Shown here piece after piece: positions 40,177 to 51,173 of a stretch of 58,036 bases of DNA. A program made the position numbers and the translations under genes. The notes under the pieces were generated by a model. That model ran no database searches. It saw only the letters and a list, made by a program, of their open reading frames with translations, and had not been told where the DNA came from. The stretch is from an uncultured archaeon. Its GTDB lineage: Archaea > Asgardarchaeota > Thorarchaeia > Thorarchaeales > Thorarchaeaceae. Positions within the stretch are counted from its first letter, which is position 1. Every line of letters begins with the position of its first letter. The stretch spans positions 1 through 58,036 of the forward strand of contig CAZSWP010000025.1 of NCBI GenBank assembly GCA_964610875.1, given 5' to 3'.

Positions 40177-42648
40177 TTGACAGCGAAGTTTAAACCCACA
40201 ATAGAGTCGAAGAGATGGAAACCAAAATCAGAAGAGGAGCTTCTTGATACATGGACAGAACAAGATGTTCACACTTTTGACCCGAATACGAAGAAAAAGA
40301 TATACTCAGTGGACACGCCGCCGCCGTATCTCTCTGGATATGTTCACCTAGGTCAATTACTCCATTATACTCAGATTGACATGATTGCACGATACAGACG
40401 AATGCAGGGCTTAGAGGTCAATTTTCCTCTAGGAATTGATAGAAATGGTTTACCGGTAGAGCTTCGAGTAGAGAAAGAGTACGGCATGGACATGCATACC
40501 ACACCTCGTGCAGAGTTTGTTCAGAAATGCAAAGAACAGCTCGATCTCTACCAAGATGAGATGATTCATTGGTTCAAACGTGTGGGAATCGGATTCAATA
40601 CGTATGAGAGTGAAGGAAGCTATCAGACCGATAGTCCAGAATATCGTGCAGTAACACAAGCAACGTTCATTGAACTCTGGAATAAGGGTCTTATCTATAC
40701 AGACTATCGACCGAATAACTGGTGTTTTGAATGTGGTACTACAATCGCTGATGCAGAAGTAGAATATGCAGAACGTCCAACGACTCTTCACTACCTCTAT
40801 TTCGAAGTAGAAGGTATGGAACCAATTGAGATTGCCACAACACGACCTGAATTGCTTTGTGCCTGTGGTGCTGTTTTCATTCATCCTGATGATGAACGCT
40901 ATGAGGGTTACGCTGGAAAAAAGGCCAAGGTACCTCTCTTCAATCTAGAGGTGCAAATAATCGAGAGTCCTACAGCTCAGATGGAATTTGGAACTGGTGC
41001 TTTGATGGTATGTAGTTACGGTGATATGGCTGATGTGATGGCTTTCAGAGACCATTCTCTTGAGCCTATTGCTGCCATCTCCCCAGAAGGGAAAATGACT
41101 GATGCAGCTGGGAAATTTGAAGGTCTGAAGACAAAGGATGCCCAAAAGGCAATCATTGAGGAACTAAAAGAGAAGGACCTGCTCTTCAAACAAGAACCCT
41201 CCATGCAGAGAGTACCCCTCTGTTGGAGAAGTGAAACACCTATCGAATTCATTGCAATGGATGAATACTATCTGAAGCAAGTAGAGTTTCTTGATGAACT
41301 CATGAAGATTGCTAAGGAAACACCTATCTATCCTGACTTTCACAGGCATATTCTGATTGATTGGATTAATCGTGTGAGTGTAGATTGGCCTATCAGTCGG
41401 AGACGCTACTATGGTACAGAGATACCTATCTGGTATTGTAACGCTTGCAATGAACCCATTGTGCCAGATAACTCCGAGATTCGTTATTACCAACCTTGGA
41501 AAGAAGACCCACTATTCTCAAAATGTCCTAGATGCGATGCTGAAAAAGGATTCAAAGGTGAAGAACGCACATTCGATACATGGATGGATTCATCCATCAG
41601 TGGTCTGCAGATTATTGGATATATGAGAGATGAGGAACTCTTCAAGAAGGCATTTGGAAATATCATGCGTCCACAAGGAAAGGAGATAGTACGAACATGG
41701 TTATACTATTCTCTATTGCGTACCCTTCAACTGACAGGAAAACCAGCTTTCAAGGAAATATGGATATCCGGTCTTGTGATGGATGAGAAAGGCCAAAAGA
41801 TGAGCAAGTCGAAAGGCAATTCTCCACCACCAGGACCGATTATTGACAAATATGGTGCGGATGCTTTCAGATTCTTTGGTGTAAATGAAGCAGGGCTTGG
41901 AAGTGATATTCGCTTCTCAGAAGATCGTCTGGCTGGTGTATCAAAGTTCATGACAAAAATCTGGAATGTGGCTCGTTTCATTTCCATGTTTCCCTATCCC
42001 AAGGATATGAAATTCGAGAATCTCACGACAGTGGATCAATGGATACTAGCAGAAGCAAACAACCTGATAGAAAAAACACTTCCTGGATGTGAGAAACTCG
42101 ATTTTCACCGTCCGTCGATAGAGATTCGTAGTTTCACATGGAATTTCTTTGCTGATCATGTAATAGAGATGGTAAAGGGCAGATGCTTCAATGGTGAGGG
42201 TACCTTTACTGAACAGGAACAGAAATCCGCTTGGTTTACTCTACATACTACACTGAACCATATCATTCGTGCTCTAGCTCCTATTGTTCCCTACGTCACA
42301 GATAGGATTTACAGAGAACTCTATGATGAAAAAGGAATTCACAAACAAGAGTACCCTAAACTCAACGAAGAATGGAAGTCAGAACTGACAGAACATACGG
42401 ACCTCTTACTACAGACTAATGGAGGTTTCTGGAAATTCAAACGTGAAAATGGTCTATCTCTTCGTGCAGGTCTACCTAAAGCTTACATCGATAAAGTACT
42501 GAAACCATGGGCAAAGGACCTAGAAGCTATGCATGGAATCGGGAAATTACATTTCACTGAGCCAAAAGATGATGACTTGGTAGTAGTGATTCTTCCAGAA
42601 TCAGAAGAAAAAATTTTCATAAAGCCTCCTGCACCAGAGCCAGAATAG
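40177..42648 (+). CDS. valS: Valyl-tRNA synthetase
   Basis: DTPPPY, HLGQ (HIGH variant), ATTRPE, DWPISRR, DTWMDSS, KMSKS. Confidence 0.95.
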   Translation: MTAKFKPTIESKRWKPKSEEELLDTWTEQDVHTFDPNTKKKIYSVDTPPPYLSGYVHLGQLLHYTQIDMIARYRRMQGLEVNFPLGIDRNGLPVELRVEKEYGMDMHTTPRAEFVQKCKEQLDLYQDEMIHWFKRVGIGFNTYESEGSYQTDSPEYRAVTQATFIELWNKGLIYTDYRPNNWCFECGTTIADAEVEYAERPTTLHYLYFEVEGMEPIEIATTRPELLCACGAVFIHPDDERYEGYAGKKAKVPLFNLEVQIIESPTAQMEFGTGALMVCSYGDMADVMAFRDHSLEPIAAISPEGKMTDAAGKFEGLKTKDAQKAIIEELKEKDLLFKQEPSMQRVPLCWRSETPIEFIAMDEYYLKQVEFLDELMKIAKETPIYPDFHRHILIDWINRVSVDWPISRRRYYGTEIPIWYCNACNEPIVPDNSEIRYYQPWKEDPLFSKCPRCDAEKGFKGEERTFDTWMDSSISGLQIIGYMRDEELFKKAFGNIMRPQGKEIVRTWLYYSLLRTLQLTGKPAFKEIWISGLVMDEKGQKMSKSKGNSPPPGPIIDKYGADAFRFFGVNEAGLGSDIRFSEDRLAGVSKFMTKIWNVARFISMFPYPKDMKFENLTTVDQWILAEANNLIEKTLPGCEKLDFHRPSIEIRSFTWNFFADHVIEMVKGRCFNGEGTFTEQEQKSAWFTLHTTLNHIIRALAPIVPYVTDRIYRELYDEKGIHKQEYPKLNEEWKSELTEHTDLLLQTNGGFWKFKRENGLSLRAGLPKAYIDKVLKPWAKDLEAMHGIGKLHFTEPKDDDLVVVILPESEEKIFIKPPAPEPE

Positions 42649-42681
42649 CTCCTTACTCTTCTGGCTCCTGCTGGATTGGTT

Positions 42682-43116
42682 TCACACAACTTCTACAATG
42701 TTCTCATGTTCAGTGTGAAACTTTAGACTATTTGTGACAAGACAATACTTGCCTGAGAGTTCCAGGGCGCGTTCTGCTTTGCTGACAAGGTCCTCAGAAT
42801 CAACACCTACAGTTGTCTTAAGGAGAATCTTTGTGAATTCAAACCCTTTCTCAACTCTCTCAAGGGTTCCTTTCCCAATACAGGAGAATGATTTGTATTC
42901 GAAGCGCATCTTGTTTGCAAAAGTAGCGAATGTAGTCATCATACATGATGCTGCAGCAGCTACAAAAAGATCCTCTGGAGATATGATGCCCTCCGGTCCA
43001 TCAAATTCAGGTGGTGCAGCCACTTCAACTTCGGGCTTTCCCTCAACAAACATCTTTCCGATTCGCTCATGTGTCCAATCTACTTTCACTGTGTATTCAT
43101 GTGACTCCTCACTCAT
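42682..43116 (-). CDS. OsmC/Ohr-family protein (paralog 1)
   Basis: PPEFDG, SPEDLF..C and KYCLV motifs. Confidence 0.9.
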   Translation of the reverse strand: MSEESHEYTVKVDWTHERIGKMFVEGKPEVEVAAPPEFDGPEGIISPEDLFVAAAASCMMTTFATFANKMRFEYKSFSCIGKGTLERVEKGFEFTKILLKTTVGVDSEDLVSKAERALELSGKYCLVTNSLKFHTEHENIVEVV

Positions 43117-43185
43117 GTAGAGCACCTCGTACTTTCATCATACGTCCTAAGGAAAAGGGTTTGGGTAGGTGTCAGAAAGTCACAA

Positions 43186-43629
43186 CTATGTTTCCACAAT
43201 AATCTCATGCTCATGATAAGTTGGACATTTCATACTGTTAGCAACGAAACAATATTTTGCTCCGAGTTCGAGTGCACGTTCTATCTTCTTTTTCAAATCT
43301 TCTGATTCAATGACAACTTTGCTCTTAGAATGAATCTCGGTAATTTCAAAACTCCTATCTACCTTTTCGAGTTTTCCAGCTGACTCGACCTTGAAAGATT
43401 TGAATGAAATGTGCATTTTCTTTGTAAAGTATACAAATGAGTTCATGAAACATACTGCACCAGAAGCAACAAAGAGTTCCTCGGGGAGATAGAGTCTTTG
43501 CTCATCTGGATCTGCAGGTCTTCCTGTTCGTATTGTTTCCTGATTTTCTATATCTACATCGGCAAGTGTTCGTTCTCCCGTCCATCTCACTTCCACGTGA
43601 AAATCATTTTCTTTCTCTTCTTTGTTCAT
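43186..43629 (-). CDS. OsmC/Ohr-family protein (paralog 2)
   Basis: PEELF..C and KYCFVANS motifs. Confidence 0.88.
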   Translation of the reverse strand: MNKEEKENDFHVEVRWTGERTLADVDIENQETIRTGRPADPDEQRLYLPEELFVASGAVCFMNSFVYFTKKMHISFKSFKVESAGKLEKVDRSFEITEIHSKSKVVIESEDLKKKIERALELGAKYCFVANSMKCPTYHEHEIIVET

Positions 43630-43662
43630 TTGTATCTCTCCGAAAAATCATCTTTCTTCAAA

Positions 43663-44439
43663 TCACTTTATTTTCCTTGCTTCTATCACTAAGAAGAATG
43701 GTACTCGTTCCTCTCGATCAAAGAATTCATTATTGGGGGGTGGTAGTGGTTCATCAATCAGTTCTATCTGAAAACCATTTGTGACTAGTATATTGACATA
43801 TGTAGATAGTGTGCGATGATAGAAGCTTATCTCCTCTGGAAACTTCTCTCCCTCCCGTGTATACCAGTATCTGCGGTATTCTTTCTCCTCAGGATAATGG
43901 TCCAATTTGAAATATAATCCCTCTCTCCTTCGGGTCTCAGGGTCTTTCTCTCCCATCTCCCATTTCCCAGGACCATAGAAATTGAATGCTGGATGTACAA
44001 TCGAAAAGACGAGAATCCCTCCCATTTTCAAAACCCTATTGAAACTCTTGATTGCATCAATATAACACGGTACATTGAGTAAGACCAAGTTACTCAAGAC
44101 TATGTCAAATGAATCATCATCAATGGATGACAAATGGCATATATCCTCCTCAATATATGTGACATCCAGTCCTATGTCCTGAGATTCTTCCCGGGCAAAT
44201 TTCAAGAGACTTGGTGAAATATCTACACCTGTAACAATTGCTCCCTTTCGAGCATAATATCTTGAAAGATAGCCCTCACCACAACCTGCATCTAGCAGCC
44301 TCTTTCCTGAAACATCTCCTAGAAGTCTTTCAACAGCTGGTTTCAAAATTAATTTTTGATGAGGTGTACCCTCATCCGCAATAAGAGAAGCATAAGCTTC
44401 AGCATTCTCTTCCCATTGTTCTTTATGATAGTCTCTCAT
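43663..44439 (-). CDS. Class I SAM-dependent methyltransferase
   Basis: LLDAGCGEG, GVDIS, HPAF, YHRTLSTY. Confidence 0.9.
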   Translation of the reverse strand: MRDYHKEQWEENAEAYASLIADEGTPHQKLILKPAVERLLGDVSGKRLLDAGCGEGYLSRYYARKGAIVTGVDISPSLLKFAREESQDIGLDVTYIEEDICHLSSIDDDSFDIVLSNLVLLNVPCYIDAIKSFNRVLKMGGILVFSIVHPAFNFYGPGKWEMGEKDPETRRREGLYFKLDHYPEEKEYRRYWYTREGEKFPEEISFYHRTLSTYVNILVTNGFQIELIDEPLPPPNNEFFDREERVPFFLVIEARKIK

Positions 44440-44477
44440 TCATCTGCACCAGAATGTGAATTTCAGTTTGATACAGG

Positions 44478-44879
44478 CTAAATTTTATCCCAGACTCTCT
44501 TGACATGCTTTCCAGTTTCTTCAATTACTGGTTCCATAGCAACCTCATCAGCTAAACCTATGGCTGATGCTATCTTCATTATTGAAGAATGTGCAACAAA
44601 GACCTTGTCATCCTTTTCATATACAACGAAGGAACAAGGCATCAGTGTCAACACGTCCGATGACACATCTAACGCCATTTTAGCAAGGGGAGCTTTGCAT
44701 CCAAGGACAAATGCATGCTTTGGGTAATCTTTAGTACCAAGTTTTTCATCAAAAATCTTTGACACATCCTTTACGAGCATAACTCCGAACCTTTCCTCTT
44801 CCATGACAGCTTCGACCCGTTTCATTGCCTCATCAAAGGAATAGGGCACTTCCTTTTGCAACACATCTACTCTTTTCAT
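44478..44879 (-). CDS. DUF302-family protein
   Basis: FGVML, LGC and LMPCSFVVYE motifs. Confidence 0.85.
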   Translation of the reverse strand: MKRVDVLQKEVPYSFDEAMKRVEAVMEEERFGVMLVKDVSKIFDEKLGTKDYPKHAFVLGCKAPLAKMALDVSSDVLTLMPCSFVVYEKDDKVFVAHSSIMKIASAIGLADEVAMEPVIEETGKHVKRVWDKI

Positions 44880-44945
44880 ACCGTATATGCATGAACTATA
44901 GTTAATATATGTTTTCCTAGATGTTCCTCTCTGCAAAACAAATTT

Positions 44946-45054
44946 TGGTGGACCGGGCGAGATTCGAATTTGCGCTATATGTCCATGAAGTACACAAAGT
45001 CTCGCGACCTTTTCGATGCGAACGAAACGATCTACCGAACTAATCTACCGGCCC
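44946..45054 (-). tRNA. tRNA-Ala(CGC) with a 32-nt intron at 53/54 (44969-45000)
   Basis: GGGCCGG acceptor with G3-U70 and TTTCG-TTCGCAT-CGAAA anticodon arm. Insert between GCGAG and TTCGAAT with a relaxed BHB. ACCA end. Confidence 0.9.
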
Positions 45055-45258
45055 ATATTTCAGCTCAAGTCAAAGTATTTCTTAAAACCTTGTCTGATTG
45101 CACCTGACTCCATCCTAATTTTCCAAACAGTATGAGAATTATTTGTCAATAGGTCCTAAATATAGAACTCATTCATCGTTCCTAGAGCTTGAATAGTACG
45201 AATTATCTAACTAGCTTTAATTCGTTTTAATTTGCGAATTGAGATGGAGGAAATTCAA

Positions 45259-46761
45259 TTGGAGAAAAACCAAATACTTGCAATAATCGTAATCGTAGTA
45301 ATTGTGGGTGGCGTAGCTGCTGGATTTCTTCTGTTGAGTCAGCCTACCCAAGATACATCTGTCATTATCTTTGGGACAACTGACTCAGTAGAAGCCAGCA
45401 TCGACCCTGCACAATCCTATGACTATTTTGGCTGGGAAATCATAACCTCACTTGGCGCGGGGTTAGTAGAGATAATACCTGGCTCTTCTGCAAGTGCAGA
45501 TGACATACGGCCTGCATTAGCAGAGTCGTGGAGTGTTGATTCAACAAATAAAGAATGGACGTTCGTCCTTAGACAAGGTTTGACCTATTATGATGGTCAA
45601 CCATTCAATGCATCATGTGTAAAATGGTCATTTGATCGTAACATTGGCATGGCACTAGAAGATGGTCCACAGCTTAACATGGGATATGGCGACATCATTG
45701 ACGAAATTGTCGTTTTATCTGATTATCAAGTCCGATTTGACTTGAAGATTGCGTTCGCTCCATTTCTTCAGCTTATGTCTTGTGCTGCATCATATATTGT
45801 TCACCCTGACCATGCTGAAGATACAACTTATGTACAATATAGTGAAACCGGAGGTCCACGTGCCAGTCATCCAAATGGACTTGGTCCATATGTTTTAGCA
45901 AACTGGACCAGAGTTGGTGGTACTGATACTTTGATGAGGCTTGAAGCTAATCCGAATTATTGGAATGCATCACTGCCTCGAACAGACACAATAATCATTC
46001 AGTTCTATTCTACAGACACAGCATTAGCTTCAGCTCTATCAGCTGGTGAAATCGATGTCGCTTATAGACACTTGACTCCTGCACAGATTGACACTTTCAG
46101 AGGAAATGCTAATTTGAAGGTCTGGGAGGGAACTGGTGCATCAATTCAGTATATGCTCTTTCAACAGACTATCTATCCCTACAATGAAACATTGATCAGA
46201 CAAGGAATTGCAGCCGCATTGAACAGATCAAACATTGCTTCAACGGTGTTTCAGGACACAGTAGATCCCCTCTATAGCGTCATACCAGAAGGAATGGCAT
46301 ACCATAGTCCAACTTTTGAGGTCTATGGAGAGGCAAACTATACCTTTACCCGAGAAGCTCTGGAGACCTATGGCTACGATGAAGAGAACAAACTAGAGCT
46401 TCGTCTGTACTATGAGAGCTCGGGGCATTATCCATCGAGTGAAAATCAAGCAACTGTGTATAAGAGTGATTTAGAAGCAAGTGGTGTGATATCGGTCACA
46501 TTACATAGCTATGACTGGCCAACCTATCGACAACAGCGAAATGCGGGAACCATGGATGTCTTCATCTATGGTTGGTATCCTGATTTCATTGACCCTGATA
46601 ACTATGCATTTCTGCCATTCGCTTCATGGCTCAATCTTGGATATAACGAAACATATCCCGCTGGTGGTGTTGACCAATACAACCTCCTGCGGCACCATCT
46701 CTCTTCCAAAATAGATGAATACAATGACAATGCTACAAGTCAGGTATTTCTTCATGACTAG
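45259..46761 (+). pseudogene. dppA: Dipeptide/oligopeptide ABC substrate-binding protein, apparently C-terminally truncated
   Basis: Family 5 SBP motifs (IDPA, PALAESW, GLGPY, GWYPDFIDP). SBP-like sequence ends abruptly near 46686 and the permease-B gene is absent. Confidence 0.7.
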
Positions 46762-46850
46762 AATGACCAAATACAATCCGGACTCTCTAATAGAGAAGAA
46801 AAAGTGCAGTCATCAATTGAATTGGAATTGGTCCTGTATAGTAGAGAAAG

Positions 46851-48026
46851 TTGATTGTAATTCTAACTACTTTCGCTCTATTAGTCGTAGCTGGATTGAT
46901 AGGACTTGCTCTTGTGTCGAATTCTGGGGTTGGTATCCAAGTCGTCTTGGGAACCTTTGTAATTGCAATAACTGTCCTTTTCGCTTCCATTTATTTCAGA
47001 TTCCAATTTGGCGATGAAGCAATTACTAAAAGAAAGACTCATCTGAAACTCTTGCTTATCTTTGTTATATTTGCTGCTGCAGTACTTCCAATAGGTTTCC
47101 TTATTGTCCCATTGAATCCTTTAGGATTTTGGAATGTTGTTTTAGCTGGAGGCATTGTTCTATCGGTGTTTATGCTATTAGTATATGAGGGGTATCCTAG
47201 GTTTAAGATCCATGGGTCTTCTGGTATACTTTCCATTGCAGGCCTATTGATAGTGACTGCATTGATCTATATGACGGTGATAGCTTATTGGATTGTACCA
47301 TATAATCCATTCAAAATCAATGTGGGTGGGATTCGTGAATCTCCCAATCCTGACTTTCCATTGGGCACTACCTCGCTGGGACAAGATATGCTCAGTCGTG
47401 TTATTGCTGGAGGTGCAACAATGCTTCAAGTTGCTGTCCTCTCAGTCATTGTATGTTTTAGTATTGGTGTTCCAATAGGTCTACTTTCAGCATACAGAGG
47501 AGGCGCATTCGATCGCACAATAGGCCTCTTTATGGATAGCATCTTCGCTTTTCCTGGACTTGTTTTGGCAATTGCCATTTCAGCAATGCTTGGTCCTGGA
47601 ATTGTCAATATGGCAATTGCTATAGCTGTTGTGTATATTCCATCTTACTTCCGTATTGTTAGAAGTCAGGTCCTCACCATACGCGAATTACCCTATGTTG
47701 AAGCTGCTATTGTGATGGGTGCTCGCGACCGAGATATTCTGTTAAGATATATCATGCCAAATGTGCTTCCGTCAGCAGTTGTGATAATGTCAATTAATTT
47801 TGCTGATGCTGTCCTCACAGCTGCAGGATTGACCTTTGTCGGATTAGGACTTCCAATTGATATTGCTGATTGGGGTTGGGATCTAACACTTGGATTTGAC
47901 GTGATAATCGTTGGAGCTTGGTGGATTTCCAGTTTTCCTGGACTGATGATTGTACTCTTGGCATTAGGTTTCACACTTACTGGTGAAGGGCTGAACGAGA
48001 TACTGACACCAAAACTGAGGGAGTGA
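46851..48026 (+). CDS. dppC: Peptide ABC permease DppC with extra N-terminal TM helices
   Basis: PLGTTSLGQDMLSR, EAA loop (YVEAAIVMGA), WWISSFPG, GEGL. Confidence 0.88.
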   Translation: MIVILTTFALLVVAGLIGLALVSNSGVGIQVVLGTFVIAITVLFASIYFRFQFGDEAITKRKTHLKLLLIFVIFAAAVLPIGFLIVPLNPLGFWNVVLAGGIVLSVFMLLVYEGYPRFKIHGSSGILSIAGLLIVTALIYMTVIAYWIVPYNPFKINVGGIRESPNPDFPLGTTSLGQDMLSRVIAGGATMLQVAVLSVIVCFSIGVPIGLLSAYRGGAFDRTIGLFMDSIFAFPGLVLAIAISAMLGPGIVNMAIAIAVVYIPSYFRIVRSQVLTIRELPYVEAAIVMGARDRDILLRYIMPNVLPSAVVIMSINFADAVLTAAGLTFVGLGLPIDIADWGWDLTLGFDVIIVGAWWISSFPGLMIVLLALGFTLTGEGLNEILTPKLRE

Positions 48027-48032
48027 TACAGA

Positions 48033-49043
48033 ATGGTGGATGTTCTTAGGATTGAAGATCTTATTGTGGAATACACAACTAGACGTGGCGTGGCTCGAGC
48101 AGTCAATGGTGTTACTTTATCACTAGGTGAAAATCGAACATTAGGTCTTGCGGGTGAATCTGGGTGTGGCAAATCTACTCTTGGTAGAGCTATCATGCGA
48201 CAGGTTCCATATCCAGGAGAAATAGTTAGTGGCAATATTTCCCTAAATATTGACCATGACGTCAAGTGGAAAAAAGGGGTTATTGAGAAAGGTGATGTGT
48301 CTATTTTAGACTTGGAAGACGAACAGATGAGGATGCTTCGTGGAAGTGAAATTGCATACATATTCCAAGACCCAATGACATCCCTGAATCCAATGTTGAG
48401 TATTGGTAAGCACTTTATACAAATTCAACAAGCCCACAACCCAGAAATAAAAGAGGATGAAGCTCTTGAGCGGGCAAGAGGGGTTCTTGAAGATCTTGGA
48501 ATTCTTGCAGAACGAGTAGATGATTATCCTCACCAATTTAGTGGTGGAATGCGCCAACGAGTAATGATTGGACTTGGTCTGGTAATGCGACCAAGATTAC
48601 TCATATCAGATGAACCTACAACATCATTGGATGTTATTGTAGAAGCACAGATTTTAGAGGAAATGCGGGAGCTAAAAGATCAGTTTAATCTGACCATGAT
48701 TTTGATTACACATAATCTAGGAGTCCTTGCACAGACTGCTGATGATGTAGCAATAATGTATACCGGGCGAATTGTCGAGTTGGCATCTACTGAAACATTG
48801 TTTGAAAGCCCTCAACATCCATATTCTGAGGCCCTGCTCAGATCGGTACCTGATGTGACCAAGCCTGAAAAGAAACTTGAATGGATTCCAGGTGCTCCTC
48901 CTGACTTGGTTGATTCACCAACTGGGTGTATGTTCCATCCACGCTGTCCTTACACAATGGACATTTGTACGAAGGAAGAACCACCATTGATTGAAAGCAA
49001 TTCGGGTGGTCTGGTCACTTGCCATCTTTATGGAGGAAAATGA
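48033..49043 (+). CDS. dppD: Peptide ABC ATPase DppD
   Basis: GESGCGKS, FSGGMRQR, DEPTT, GCMFHPRCP. Confidence 0.93.
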   Translation: MVDVLRIEDLIVEYTTRRGVARAVNGVTLSLGENRTLGLAGESGCGKSTLGRAIMRQVPYPGEIVSGNISLNIDHDVKWKKGVIEKGDVSILDLEDEQMRMLRGSEIAYIFQDPMTSLNPMLSIGKHFIQIQQAHNPEIKEDEALERARGVLEDLGILAERVDDYPHQFSGGMRQRVMIGLGLVMRPRLLISDEPTTSLDVIVEAQILEEMRELKDQFNLTMILITHNLGVLAQTADDVAIMYTGRIVELASTETLFESPQHPYSEALLRSVPDVTKPEKKLEWIPGAPPDLVDSPTGCMFHPRCPYTMDICTKEEPPLIESNSGGLVTCHLYGGK

Positions 49044-49044
49044 A

Positions 49045-50022
49045 ATGAAGCTGCTAGAGATTAAGAATCTTAAGAAATACTTTCCTGTGCAAAAAAGCTT
49101 CTTGGAACAGCTTCTGAGTAAAGAGCATACATTTGTGAAAGCCATTGATGATGTCTCAGTAGATATTATGAAAGGAGAGGTTCTTGGTCTTGCAGGTGAG
49201 AGTGGTTCAGGAAAAACAACATTGGGACGTCTATGCGTTAGACTCATTGACCCAACGGAAGGTGAAATAATCTATGAGGGAAAGAATATTGCATCGCTGA
49301 AATCTACTGAGATGCGAAAGATGAGACAAAAACTTCAGTTCACCTTTCAAGATCCATCCTCTTCATTGAATCCCCGACTGTCTATCGGTGATGCAATTGC
49401 AGATGCTTTGAAATTTCAAGAGATTGGAACTGCCGATGAACAAAGGGAGAAGGTGATATCTGTATTAGAACGGGTTGGTCTATCACCAGCCAGTTCCTTC
49501 TATGACAGAAAGCCGCATCAACTCTCTGGAGGTCAGAAGCAAAGGGTTGTATTTGGTCGAGCTATGGTATTGAATCCTGAATTTGTGGTTACTGATGAAC
49601 CAGTCGCAATGGTTGATGTATCCATTAAGGCTCAATTGCTTGAGCTGATGCTCGATCTCAAAGAGGAATTCAATCTCACATACCTGTTTATCTCACATGA
49701 TCTTGCAACAGCTAGGCATGTGTGTGATCGGATTGCGATAATGTACTTGGGCAAAATCATAGAGTTAGGCGATAAGAATCAAATCTATGAGGAACCACTC
49801 CATCCATATACTGAGGGACTCATTAGTGCTATCCCAGTCCCCGATCCAAAAGTGAAGAAGGCTGAGAAAGTCCCAAGAGGTGAGATTCCAAGTCCAATCA
49901 ATCCTCCCGATGGATGTCGATTTCATCCGAGATGTCCAAAAGCATTTGATAAATGTTCAACTGAAGAGCCTGAACTGAAAGAACTTGAAAACGGTCGGTT
50001 TGTAGCCTGCCATCTCTATTAG
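49045..50022 (+). CDS. dppF: Peptide ABC ATPase DppF
   Basis: GESGSGKTT, LSGGQKQR, GCRFHPRCP. Confidence 0.93.
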   Translation: MKLLEIKNLKKYFPVQKSFLEQLLSKEHTFVKAIDDVSVDIMKGEVLGLAGESGSGKTTLGRLCVRLIDPTEGEIIYEGKNIASLKSTEMRKMRQKLQFTFQDPSSSLNPRLSIGDAIADALKFQEIGTADEQREKVISVLERVGLSPASSFYDRKPHQLSGGQKQRVVFGRAMVLNPEFVVTDEPVAMVDVSIKAQLLELMLDLKEEFNLTYLFISHDLATARHVCDRIAIMYLGKIIELGDKNQIYEEPLHPYTEGLISAIPVPDPKVKKAEKVPRGEIPSPINPPDGCRFHPRCPKAFDKCSTEEPELKELENGRFVACHLY

Positions 50023-50066
50023 TGAGTAAAGGAAAAAATCTCATAAATCACTATTTAGAAATCAGT

Positions 50067-50360
50067 TTATATTTCAATACCAAACGCTTGTGAAAATTTT
50101 TCAATCTCTACAAACTCAATGAGAAACTCTCTTCCTTTTGCCGTCAGCTTGTAGATTCTACTATTATCATCCTCTTCCAACTCTAAGATGAGTTCTTTCT
50201 CGAGTAATTCTTCTATATATTGAGTCAATCTATCATGTGACAAGTTTGCAGCATAGAGTATCTTTGTGGGACCTGCGCCTAATTCCCCTTCACCTTGAAT
50301 GGCTTGCATCATATCCGCTAAGATGCGTACCTTTGATCTATAGGCGCGTTTTCTACCCAT
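50067..50360 (-). CDS. Archaeal winged-helix regulator
   Basis: TKILYAANLS...YKLTAKGREFL motif. Confidence 0.85.
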   Translation of the reverse strand: MGRKRAYRSKVRILADMMQAIQGEGELGAGPTKILYAANLSHDRLTQYIEELLEKELILELEEDDNSRIYKLTAKGREFLIEFVEIEKFSQAFGIEI

Positions 50361-50997
50361 TCCTTCCCGACTTCCTTAGTAATAAAAGGAACGAGAAGTA
50401 ACCTAGGAATTGGAGTAGCTGACTAGCAATATAGAGCCAGTAAGACCTGATATTATCCTCTTGGATCATGAGGCCTGATACATGACTCAATAGTAAGAGC
50501 AAGAATCCAATAAAGACGTAGAGTGCGTATTTGCTCCTCACAGAGAGGTAATTTCTGAACGTCTGAAGTACCACAATCACAATGAAGAACACTGCAATCA
50601 TTTCTAGTAGTGGACTTATCAGAAACGGAAGTGTCATGACCATCACTGTGGATATCCCAAACGATTCTTCACGTCTACTACTGTGCGTAGCAAAGGCAAA
50701 AATAGCGAAAGCCATTATTTTGAGTACTCCATAAGCAACTATGACTAATGATATTATAGAGATTGCTTCGCTAGTATCCGATTGAAATAGCACAAAGAAA
50801 TACAACGTTCCTATGACTCTACAGAACATGGCTGCAGAGAGTACTAGGAACCCTGTTGACAGGTCTGACAATTTCTTCTGTTTTGTAAGCAAAAATGCTT
50901 GATTGGCATAGTGTGAAACCATCATAGCGATAATACCCGCAATAGTTTCAAGCAGAATGTCAATGCGAATAAGTCCAAAGAGTTGTTCTTGCATCAA
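50353..50997 (-). CDS. Multi-TM (6-7 helices) membrane protein, possible sensor coupled to the wHTH gene
   Basis: Hydrophobic helices throughout. Its stop overlaps the wHTH start. Confidence 0.75.
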   Translation of the reverse strand: MMQEQLFGLIRIDILLETIAGIIAMMVSHYANQAFLLTKQKKLSDLSTGFLVLSAAMFCRVIGTLYFFVLFQSDTSEAISIISLVIVAYGVLKIMAFAIFAFATHSSRREESFGISTVMVMTLPFLISPLLEMIAVFFIVIVVLQTFRNYLSVRSKYALYVFIGFLLLLLSHVSGLMIQEDNIRSYWLYIASQLLQFLGYFSFLLLLRKSGRNG

Positions 50998-51173
50998 TCT
51001 ACGCCTATCCTAACCTTCTCGTATATCCTATTATTATGAATGAATGATTCGTACTCTTTTGATTATTGTTACTACATGTGTTTTTTCCCTTGATTCGCGG
51101 AAGTTCTTACTAGACGAATCATCTAGTGCATTCCTTCATTCCGCCTTTATATTAAGAATACATAATATTTGAT

